Assembly (NCBI RefSeq): GCF_964355755.1
Contig: NC_092679.1
Span: 17,033,432 to 17,097,431 of the forward strand
DNA: 64,000 bases
Origin: Antedon mediterranea
Lineage: Eukaryota > Animalia > Echinodermata
Direction of reading: 5' to 3'
The notes below the pieces were generated by a model. It was not told where the DNA came from and did no database searches. It saw only the letters and a list, made by a program, of their open reading frames with translations. Positions 11,901 through 23,900 of the stretch are shown here, one piece after another. Both the position numbers and the translations under genes were made by a program. Position 1 is the first letter of the stretch, and each line of letters begins with the position of its first letter.

Positions 11901-14900
11901 ATTTGAAATAATGTGCTATCCATTTGAAATAATGTGCTATTTGAAAGAATGTGCTACCCGATAATCCGTATAGAATAATGTACAGTACAATTACATCCAT
12001 TTGATTGTGCTACGTAATGTGCTATCCATTTGAAATAATGTGCTATCCATTTGAAATAATGTGCTATCCATTTGAAAGAATGTGCTATCCATTTGAAATA
12101 ATTTTCTATCCATTTGAAAGAATGTGCTACCCGATAATCCGTATAGAATAATGTACAGTACTATATCCATTTGACTGTGCTACCTAATGTGCTATTCATT
12201 TGAAAGACTGTGCTACCCGATAATCCGTATAGAATAATGTACAGTACTATATCCATTTGATTGTGCTACATAATGTGCTATCCATTTGAAATAATGTGCT
12301 ACCCGATAATCCTTATAGAATAATGTACAGTACCGGTACTATATCTATTTGATTGTGCTACCCAATGTGCTATCCATTTGAAATAATGTGCTATCTATTT
12401 GAAATAATGTGCTATCCATTTGAAAAATATGTGCTATCCATTTGAAAGAATGTGCTATCCATTTGAAATAGGCCTAATGTGCTATCCATTTGAAAGAATG
12501 TGCTACCCGATAATCATAGAATAATGTACAGTACTATATCCATTTGATTGTGCTACCTAATGTGCTATCCATTTGAAATAATGTGCTATCCATTTGAAAG
12601 AATGTGCTACAGTATCCATTTGAAAAAATGTGCTATCCATTTGAAAGAACGTGCTACCCGATGATAATCCGTATAGAATGCACAGTACAGTTATATCATC
12701 CATTTGATTGAGCTATCTATTGTGCTATCCGTTTGAACTAATGTGCTGTCTGTTTGAAATAATTCAGGTTTTTTTTAAAAATATGGTTTGCTATCCATTT
12801 TAAACGTGCTAAACAAGTTACATATTTGTTGAAATAAATTTGCGGTACACCACGTAGGCCTATATTAGTTCTGAAAAGAACTGTTGAGTTGCTTGACGTT
12901 TCGATTTAGGCCTACTCCAAAGTCAAAGTCTCCAAAGCTATTCCATCATGTCGTATTCGGGGAATCGCCCACAAGTGTTTTCTGTATGGGGTTCTGTATG
13001 CTATTTGTTAATGATGTACAAAAAATGAAATGAAAAATCATATTAATTATCGGTATGTACGGAGAGGAAGCTCGAACAAGACGAAGCGCGAAACAAATAA
13101 AAGCGCAGCGCGAAACATCTGAAATGATATACAATTTCTCAAAACATGAAAACACAGAATATATTATATTAATATAACTTTTTAATATTTCCAAAGGCTC
13201 GGACAAGGAAGAAGGGCCTTAAAAAACTGAATTGCTATATGTTAGACCACATTTCCATAACTTTTCAAAACTCATCGAACCCTCTGCTAGTAGGCCTAAT
13301 TAATATAGGAGCGTATCGCCAAATCATTAGAGAAAAAAAAACATGGCATGAAGATGTAATTAATCAAACAACGGCCAAAGAATACCAACAATTTTAATTT
13401 AGGTTTCGATTCGTAATTACTAATGTGGTGGACTAAGCCTAGTTTGAAACTATAGTGACCATTTATTTTAGAAAGAAAGATAGACAAATTTGTTTCCATC
13501 TCCATGTTATTGTTAATACCAAGGCACTTTTCAATTAAAAATTCTGGCCTAGTATTCTTGCAAGGTCGTCACAGCTCCAGTTACAAAGGTCGTCACAGCT
13601 CCAGTTACAAACGGTGATACAAAGTGTCAATCATTTGACCAGTGAACAGCCCACTGGTAGGATAGTCCTTGAAACCGTCCGTAAAACACATTAATCACTC
13701 ACATCAGTCATGCCGCTAATGGTTGAAAACCCCACTTTTTGGGGTTTTCAAACGTAACGCTATCCGGGGCTCCTGCGCCTAATGAAATGGTCCCTATTCT
13801 ATATGGTATGGTACATGGTCACTATCTGTAAACTGTATGCTCAATGGTCCCTATCTGTATGGTAAATGGTCCCTATAATGGGTCAACCGGCTCAGCTACA
13901 GTGATTAAGTTCACTTAGGTTGACCCTGGTCTCCCAAATTTCAGTTATTTTTGTTTTGTATATACTTAAATAGACCAAATAAATAATGAAATGAAATGAA
14001 ATTAGTTCCTATACTGTAAGGTAAATGGTCCCTATATACTGTATGGTATTGGTCCCTATAAACTGTATGGTATGTTCCCTGCTGTATACTGTATGTTGAT
14101 AAATTGTCCGTATTTGTATGGTAAACGGTCCCTACAGTATACTATGGTACAGTAAATGGTCCATACTGTATGGTAAATGGTCCCTATATACTGCATGGTA
14201 AATTGTCACTATGAACTGTAGTATGGTGATAGGTATCCCAATGAAGCGGATTTTCAAAAGTTAAGAATCATAAAGACGGGAACTTTTTGGACATTTTTTT
14301 TAGACATTCAGGAATAAACAAGCGCAAAAGCCCCAAGACCAATTTTGAAGGGCGATATTACATTGAGATACCTAATGATAAATGGTCCCTACTCTATACA
14401 GTATGGTATTGTCCCATGTACTATACTGTATAATGGTTCATACTGTATGTACTGTATGGTAAGTGGTTAAAATACTGTATGGATATATCTTACACTACAG
14501 TATATGGATGCCATTGCCATTCAAAGTTTATTCCTAAATAACGAGAAAACAGTGGAGAATAACAAACTGCAAAACCTGCCCTGAATTTTTGAAAAATATA
14601 ATATAATACATGATAACAATGGAACTCAATCAAATTGTATCTAGGGACTTGAAATGTATCAAGTTAGTAGTACAGTACTAGCAAGAATCCCTATAGTTAA
14701 TGTTTTATGCATTTAAAATACTATGCTTAATATCCATATAATGACGATTTAATCTCCAAAGATAAGAGAATTAACATTACAACATCTGAATTTTAAATGA
14801 AAAACATCTATTCAATCCAGGAGGCTGCAAATTTATTCAAGATTAGCATGGTATTTGTAGCCGATGAGATCCCTTTAGTTAAAAGTTTAACGCCTTTCAA

Positions 14901-17900
14901 ATTGATAGCATGTGAATAAAAGCTATTGATTTGTGCCAAGTCTTGTATGTTTCCATTGATCTTGTTAACAACATACCATACGCAGAGTAAAAACCAATAT
15001 AATTAACATACACGTTAGGCCTAGACCTTACTAAAAAAATTGCCTGCTGAATTATGATGCGTACAGTGTGCACAGTTAAAAAAAAGGCCTAGGTTGTGGG
15101 TGATAATAGCAGTAAAGAGTATAGAGTAACACAAACATTGTTAACATGCGGAAGCCTGGTCAATCAATCAATCAAATAAACATTTATTGCTTTCATATTC
15201 ATATTTGAGTAAAACATTATAATTTCTGATATTATATAATATTTTTTTAGAGATATAATACAGTAAATCATAATGTATGAAAAAAAGATGATTCAGTTAT
15301 ATAAAAAATGAAAGAGGCAAAAAAACCCAAGAAAGTATCGATCAATTGAAAACTTGTATATTGGGAAGCCATGTAAGAAAATTATATACTTATATATATA
15401 AATGTAAACATATAACTGCACATACACATATAGATCAAAAGACACACACACCAACAGTAAAGGAAGCTATTTTGTAAAAGTTTCTAAAGTTAACAAAATA
15501 TTACAAAATAGAGAAAACAATTAGTTATAATTTGAAATAAGATATTCTTTAAGTTTAAAAGAGAAGATTTTGCTAGAAGACGATGATGAAATTTCGGGAG
15601 GTAGATTAATTATCTACCTATAAATTATATCTTTCCAAAAACCTTGGCTGTCGGTGATAATGGTACAGTATATTACCATACAATGTGCGGGGCAAAACAA
15701 ATCATTAACATACACGTTTGGCCTAGTAAATTAACTTCCTAAAAAATTGTCACTTAGGCCGTTGAATGATATTACCCGTACAGTGTGCACAGTAAACAAA
15801 CAAAAAATAGGCCTAGGTTGATCATGGCAATTAATTGTGTAGAGTAACACAAATATTGTTAATGGTCAATTTATATCTCTTTCCAAATACCTTGGCTGTG
15901 GGTATTACAGTGCAGAGTACAACAAATATCATTAACATACCGAATAGGTATATGTACAGACAAATTTAAGCCCTACAGTATGCTGTTGGTGATAAAAATG
16001 GTATTACATTATCACCCACATGGCCTACAAGAAAACTACTTCAAACTGCATATATTGACCCAATTTAACACAGACTAAAAATAAATGTTTAATACATAAG
16101 CATATTTGTCCAGGGGCTGCGAATGTAATCAGATGTAGATCATATGGGATTTGTAGCTAAAGTTCCTTTACAACAATTTGTACAGTATGACTTTTGATCG
16201 ACATTCTGTGAATGAAATGTTACCATAGTGAGGTTTGTTTGTTTATTGTTACGCAACGTTTTGGTTTAAATTCAAATGGCAGGATATATCACTGTGTATT
16301 AATGTATGTCCAAAAAGTTTTTCCAGGGCTAGACAACAATATTTTCCTTGCAATTATCTGTCTCACTTCACTTCTCATGCTAAACATGTTCACACTTCAG
16401 TATAGGAATTGATCTAATGTTCATGTAGTCCAATGGTCTAATTCCGAAAAAGGAATAATGCATTGAAAATACCTATTTCTTTATTAAATGATTACAGAAA
16501 GTGTAATGATTGTGTCTACTGTCTAACATCAATGAATAAAGTAACTTTACCAAGCCTGACAAGAGAGGTGAATGGTTCGTTGGGAAAAAGTTCTAGCAAA
16601 TATGCTAATAGCTTCAGTCTATTTGGCTAATCCTATCTAGGCTTGTATGCTGTACAGGTAGTCCTTTTTTAGGGGGGAAAACTCAATTAACAGTACTGAG
16701 TACTATAAAATATAGCATTTTTAATGCGGTTGGTAATTGGTATGGTAATGTAATAGGAATTTTCAAATAGTACATTAATAGCACATAAGCGTTTTAAAAT
16801 GTAATACTATACTAAAATACTGTATGCTTGGATCCAAGTAAAGTACACTATTGACCTGGGAATAATTTAGTTGCATTTGCCAGGATCCAAATTTAGATTG
16901 CTTTAACATACTACATCAACCATTGAAGTACTGTATACCTCCATACGTCAACAAACCAATGCAATTACACTGTGTAGTAGTATACTAATTCAATGTATAC
17001 ACTCCGTATTAGCACTAGAAAGTTAAATATTTACCCAAGCACATCTCTTTTCTCAGTCAAATTAAACAATCTATTTAGTTTTATAAAATAAGGTCAGTAT
17101 GACAATTCTGGTTCAAAGTTGCTATCGGGTAATTTGAGATTAGTTCCGTTGCCCAGTATCTTACCTTGGGCGTAGCAAACTAATACTGAAGAGACTGATT
17201 AAGGTGCTTTATTTTGCTGGTGAGGTTTGTTAAGGTTCAAACAAACACCATTTTTTCCCTAAAGTCAGAAAGATAACGGCAAAATAAAGGCTAAAATAAA
17301 AGTGCGATTGTTACTGTGTAACCGAAGGGACATGGTGGGGGTATGGGAAAAAAATTAGGTGGGATAATAAGTTGCATTAACACTAACAGTTCAATTTATT
17401 ATTGTGTCCCAATTTTGAACTAGCGCATGGGATTATACTCAGTCATACAAAAGTCATGTAACACCATATTATGGTAATTACTATGCAACACTTTTGACAT
17501 GGTATCGTAACTATAGTACTGTTGCGTGCTGGAAACACTTGAGATAGTATAGTAATTGTTTACATAGTCCAATGACATTTTTATCTATGACCCTCGTTAT
17601 CTTTATTTTCCATATAAATGTATAAATTCATGCACGCTTGCGCTATTGAAGTTCCCCGCTAATCTGTGAGACAATGGCACCTCCTATCTACGCCTCATCG
17701 TTGACTAAGTTCTTTCTATGTAGCTTATTTACATATTAAATTATAAATCCATTACTTGCCAGCGATATAACATTGTATGTAAATTTGTATCATTATCTTT
17801 TTATGAATGCAAATGAATTAGTTCTACGCTTCAGAGAAAATCCATGCTTTCGTTCTTTCAGTACAGTAAGTGCGCTTGTAATTGTCAATGGAACTTGAAC

Positions 17901-20900
17901 AATGGCCAGTAAGAACAACAAATATTTAACAGCAAATAACATGAATACAATAGATATACCAGTCTCTATCGTAAATTAAAATCCATTTTATCCATGGACT
18001 AGTAGTCTTACTGTAGTAGAGTAACTAATACATGTTGGAAATTTTAGAATGGTTGTGATGTGCCCTTGAAGTTAAATTGATTTAAAGGCATGTTACAACT
18101 ATAAGTATACAGGATATAATTTGTGTAATAACAATAGTCATATACCGTTTCTTATTATTACCATACGATACTCATAAACTTGGTGATTAAAATGCACATA
18201 GCTTGTAAACAAAGTTTTTAGTGAAAACAATATCATTAGAATAAACATATTTCACTGTTAGAAGAGTATATTATACTGGTTGAAATGATGTCACAGGATT
18301 TTGAAATTAGGGAGGATGGGCCTACAAATGGTATCCAATAAAGTGCTGAACAAAACCTATATATCTTTTCCATTGTAAGTTAAATGTGAAAGGGGAGGGG
18401 CCCTGTAAATTAGCATTTAATAGTGTATACAAATGAATATGAATCCAGATTTGGTATTGCTACTGTATATAAAAGCAACAACTGAGTATTGTTTTCGTTT
18501 TATTCACAGTAAAATCAATACAGCACAATCTTTAAAATATTACTGAATAAACTTACCCTAATCCGTACAGTCTTTGCCGCCCTGATGCCGTAAGGACATT
18601 TCTTCCTTACAATGGTTTTCTATTGAAGTAATAAAATGAAATTAAAATAATAATCAATAAAGATAATAATATTCATATGCAAGAATAATCTGGAGTCAAA
18701 TGGATTACCATATTTCAATAAGGGAATGGAGACTATGACAGTAGAACAGCTATTAAGAGCGTGTGGCGCAGTGTGTTGGATGTTGAATTACTGATCGTAA
18801 GATTCTGGTTCGAATCTCTACATTGTTTGTATCCTTAGATCAAGAGACAACTTTGCACGGATTACTAGCTGCATTATAGGAGTATATTTCCAGTGTTTGA
18901 TCAACAACAAAAAATGACCGGGGTAATAATGTGCAGCGCATAAAGAGTTTTTTTATATGCGCTATAAGAATGAACTATTATTATTATTAAGAGAATGTCT
19001 TCAAGACCTAAACAAAGTTACCCCTTAATAGGGTAGCCTGTAATATAAACGAAAAAGCCGCCTGGTTTGTTTCATAAGAAAGTGTCCCTTTAATAGGTGT
19101 TCCTAAGGAGGGGTCTAACTGTATGTACTTTAAACATAGCATTCATATACTAATGCGGTGGTTAAACCCAAAACCACAAAATTGCATTGTTTATTGAAAA
19201 ATGTAGTACTGTATTACACAAATTATGGCTGTTTGTCAGAAAAAAAATATATTGATTGATAATTTGTTTTGGCTACATCCCAATAGTTTATCATTTCAGT
19301 GGAAACACAAACAGAAAGTTAATCATAAAACCACTTGTAGTAGTAAACACAAAATGGCAATAGATTTAGCACTTTTACGTCCCCTGGATTTTCAGGTAGG
19401 CCTAGATAGGTATAGGTAGATCGTCATTTTTTGTATACATATTAGTGTGTTGTTTACTGTATATTGAGCATTCATTTAATGTTTTCTATAGCTACTGTAA
19501 CTTTAATATTCAAATTAAGGAAAACAAAACATCCTGCTATAGCTATAGGATCTACTAGGGGTCAATTTAAGGTCATTCTAGGTTATACGGTTCTCATGTT
19601 TTATGTATAACTTCTGATCTGGTACCCTGTAAAAATGTGTCTCTTTAAACTGTACTGTCATTCGAGATACTAATTATCTATTTAAGAACGATTGTTGTAA
19701 TCAAAGATGACTTTACCCATACCATACCTGCTGCATCTTTTCGAAATCTAAACTAGGTCGCTGCTTGCATCCATCCGACCTATACCGTTTCCTAGGCGAC
19801 ACAGAATCAATCGCAGGTCCAACATTTGCAAGAAAAATGGCTGTTTTATTTTCGGGTAATCTTATCCTCTGAATCTGTTGAGGAGGCAACGAGCTGAATT
19901 TAAGCGGAACTGGCATTATTAGGTCTTTAATCTCTTCCTCTCCCGAACTGCTATCGCCACTCACGCTCCATCGGCTGACCCGTGACCATTTTCGTTTTGC
20001 ATTTATGTGAGTGTTTGATTGTAATTTCTCAATGTTTAAGAGTTCTTCTTCGGAGCTATTGCATTCTAGTTCATTTTGAATGTTCTCTGTCGACCTATTT
20101 TCTACACGAAGTTGCTGCTTGGCCTGCAACGCAGCTCCACTAGGCCAGTTACTATTTGATGTTACTTTCCGATCTGTAAGAAAAGGAAATACATCAAATG
20201 TTTGTTTGTTTCTTAATAATCATCCTCTACTCATATGATTTGAATAAAAACATAAAATAATAGGTCAAACGGTAAAATATTTATAAAAAAAAATTAAATT
20301 CAACATTACAAATGTACATACCCATTATGCAGATCTTTAAAATAACAAGAACGTTTAGAAAATATACACATTAGAATGTAGTGTAGAACAGTAGTAATTA
20401 TTAATAGCAATGATTCACCATGCTATAAGTATTACGGTATTTTCATAATTCTATTTTTACCAGTATCAAAATAATCAATAATTCTCAAATATTAATATTA
20501 AATACATGTAGTAGTAATTTGCGTTGGGAAAAAAATTGCAGCATTAAATATTTAATTATTATTAAATTCTCATGTCAAGCAAAGAGAACTTAAAAATTAA
20601 CTAAACAGTACTACTGCACTAAAATAAACAAAAATTAAGAGATGTACAGTTAATACAGTACAGTACAAGTGGGGAAAACCAGTATACGTTTAATTCATTT
20701 TTTTTTATTCTGGTACTTTCCACAATTACTAAACTACTCTATTTATACTAACAGTAATGGTGATGAAACTCTCGAACATTCAATATATTCAGTAAACCGA
20801 ACAACAAAATAAAACAAATATTCAAAAGAGTTAGTAAATGTCAATGTATTTAAAAATCTGAATCAAAAGTAATTTATGTATGCTCAACATACTGTATGAA

Positions 20901-23900
20901 AATCAAAAAAAAATCATTTAAAGAATATGATGTCATTGTGTAAAATGGCAAATTGATAGATTATAAAGTTTAACATGATAAGAACTAAGGACTATAAACC
21001 ATAGGTCCAGTGTACACATCTGGCTCATGTGCACTTAAACCTAGTACATCTTTCGAGACGAGTAGGGGGTTACCTCGGTGTAATAGTATACACACAGCCA
21101 CTGTCACACACACAGACAATTATCATAACTCTCAAAAAGAGGGTCCCTTGATTGTCAGCATACGTTGGTTAGGTTAAAAAATAATGTGAAATAAATAAAA
21201 GCTATTATTAGTCGAAAAGACATTTCGCAAACAATCAGAAACACGAGTATGTGCAGAATCACATTATAGTTGAAATCAATATCTTTAGGGAATGGGGGGG
21301 GGGGGAGATTTTACTAGTTGAGTATCAACATGTAAACTATTATGCAGTGACTCAGACTTCTTATGCTATTTTATTTAAAAAGTGAGTTTCTTCCGAAAGA
21401 CCTTAGGTTTCAATATAAAGATAGTCAATATAAATTTAAATTATAAAGCACTGTAGATAACTGTCTGCAAGCAAGCAGTGCTGAGATTCATCTCTGTGAT
21501 ATATGTGAAGTCATTCGTGATTCAAGGTCCTTCTTCACTTGCATTTTTTTCATTCTACACGAACACTAATCTCGCACATTATTTATTTATTCCTTTAAAG
21601 CTCAGGTACAGGCATGAATTGTAAATATAATATCTGGTTAATTGTACATAAATCAAATATTTGTAACAGAAATCAAGACGAAAAACCATGAATTTCCCCT
21701 AATATGGTCAAATAAAAAATTGGGCAAAATTCTGCCAAAAAAAAACAGGAAGACATTTTCAGTAGTTAGGTAGTTAACATAATGTAATAACATGTCTGGT
21801 GACTCCCTAAAAGGTGAAAAAAGATGGTGGATATACGGTGGATAATTTTTGCTATAGCATGAAAATAAAATTCTGAAGTTGAATAAAAATACCAGAAATG
21901 TAAAATTAGAGTTATATTACCTATATTTAGTCATCTGATAACATTTTTTACCACACCGTTTATTTTGCATAGCTTTTTAAAATGCCCTCTCTATTTTTAA
22001 AATTTGTGTACAAAAGAATAGAGATTTTACTGTGTAATTTGAACTATCCCCCCACTGATATGAAAGTGCTAATTTTCAACAAGCTCCTGTAACACAAATA
22101 AAATCCCAAAAATTATGAAACATAGGGGAAACTATAGATCGATAAGTATTGGAATGTATGATCAATAGGCACCTGGCCTTTAAACTAAAAAAATTCTCCA
22201 ACTGGTTTTAAATTTATTATTTCTCAGTACAGCTGGAAAATACCAAGTGATGCAATGTAAAGTACTATAGGAAAAACCCCAAAAGAAATGACTAAACAAA
22301 TATACTGTACTACTGTATCATACTAGTACTGTACATTGAAATATAGTGATTTTAACAAAATAAAAAATAATACATTTATTTACTGGCGGTAATACCGTTA
22401 TTTTATCAATTTAATTTGAATTCTTTTACATTTTTTTCATACCAGATTTTATCATCAATTTACTGTAGTAACAATTTTTTTTTTTTTTTTTATTATTAAG
22501 ACAGGATGAAAATAACTGATGATACTTTAATAAATAATCTATATTATCAGTAATATATTACTGTAGATAACATTACCTTTGAATAGTAACTCAACTTCTT
22601 TATTCTCATCTTCAGAATCGGAATTCACTTCCTGAAAGAGAATGTAAAATTATTTTCCCACTATCAGCTTTCCATATTATGAAAATAGATCAAATTAATG
22701 TGTAAACAATACCAGTTTAAAAAAATTATATTACATGAAGTTATTTGCATAAAACTGTAACATGAGGAGCCTTGCTTTATTTTAAGGTTAAATATATAAT
22801 TATTATTTTAAGGTTAAATATATAATTATTATTTTAAGTATGCTTCAATTTGTTTACTGGTTGATCCAGAATTTAAATCGGGATGGGCGGGGCTTTCATT
22901 TTGATTCATTTATTTAATCTAATTTATTGACCAATTGGCGTTACCGTTTATTGACCAATTGGCAGTTTTGCTAGAATATTTAATTGGTAATGGTATGGTA
23001 TATGTTGAGCTGTCGCTGTTAAATAGTTGGAATATTGCACGGCCTGTTAGTGTTAAATAGTTGGAATATTGTGGCCTATTAAATAGTCATGGGCTGTTGA
23101 ATAGTGTAACATTATGACCCACAGTAATAAACAAAACAGAATATTAAATTTGTAATAATGGTATATGTTGAGCTGTTAGTCGTCGCTGTTAAATAGTTGG
23201 AATATTGCACGGCCTGTTAGTGTTAAATATTGTGGCCTATTGAATAGTGTAATATTATGACCCACAGTAATAAGTAATGGAATATAAAAATGACCTAATA
23301 AACAACAGAATTACACAGTGGAATATTATATAATGCCCTAATAAACTTTGGAATATAATGACCTACAGTGTTAGTAAACAGTGGAATATAATGACCAAAT
23401 AAACAATAGAAAATATTGACCTAATAAACATTGGAATATAACAACAGTTTTAATAATAGTGGAATATCATGACCAATTAAACCGTGCAAAATAATGACGT
23501 ACAGTTATTTTATCTTTTAATTGTAATTTTGTTCTTTATGATTTTTTCTGTATGTTTTACCATATTTTCTGTAGAGGAAAACAATTTTTCCATGTATAAC
23601 TTTTTATATATGGAACGAATAAAGATTTGATTTGAAGTGAAATATAATGACCTCTAACAAACAGTGGAATATCATTAACAACAGTGGAATATGAATATGA
23701 CCTAATAGTGAAATATCATGACCTAAAAAAAGAAAATATCGTACTAATATAAACAGTGGAATATTGTGCTGTTTAGAATAGTGGAAAGTACAGTAGGCCT
23801 ACTGTAAACTCTGTGACCTTATGTAATCAATTATATATCAAAAATCTAAATTTACTATGACCTTACATTCAGTATTTAATTTGCTGCCTGAATGCATTGC

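Larger units (their letters stand above)
8094..13784. mobile_element. 5.7-kb non-autonomous DNA element with perfect 32-bp TIRs (CATTAGGCGCAGGAGCCCCGGATAGCGTTACG), no TSD, satellite cargo
   Basis: 8094-8125 is the exact reverse complement of 13753-13784; subterminal inverted motif TGTAACTGGAGCTG (~8256) versus CAGCTCCAGTTACA twice (~13572, ~13596); flanks rejoin to an intact minisatellite unit; no transposase ORF. Confidence 0.88.
13785..14490. repeat. Right part of the CTGTATGGTAAATGGTCCCT minisatellite, more degenerate and interrupted
   Basis: Same unit as 7610-8093. Confidence 0.85.

Noticed and set aside
9095-12810. CRISPR-like alternation of a short repeat with longer segments
   Set aside because: The intervening segments are themselves repeated rather than unique spacers, there are no cas genes, and the context is a eukaryotic intron.
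11217-13505. Duplicated ORFs (86 aa and 69 aa) as transposase or cargo genes
   Set aside because: Short, AT-biased, no recognisable motifs or splice structure; identical only because of the DNA duplication.
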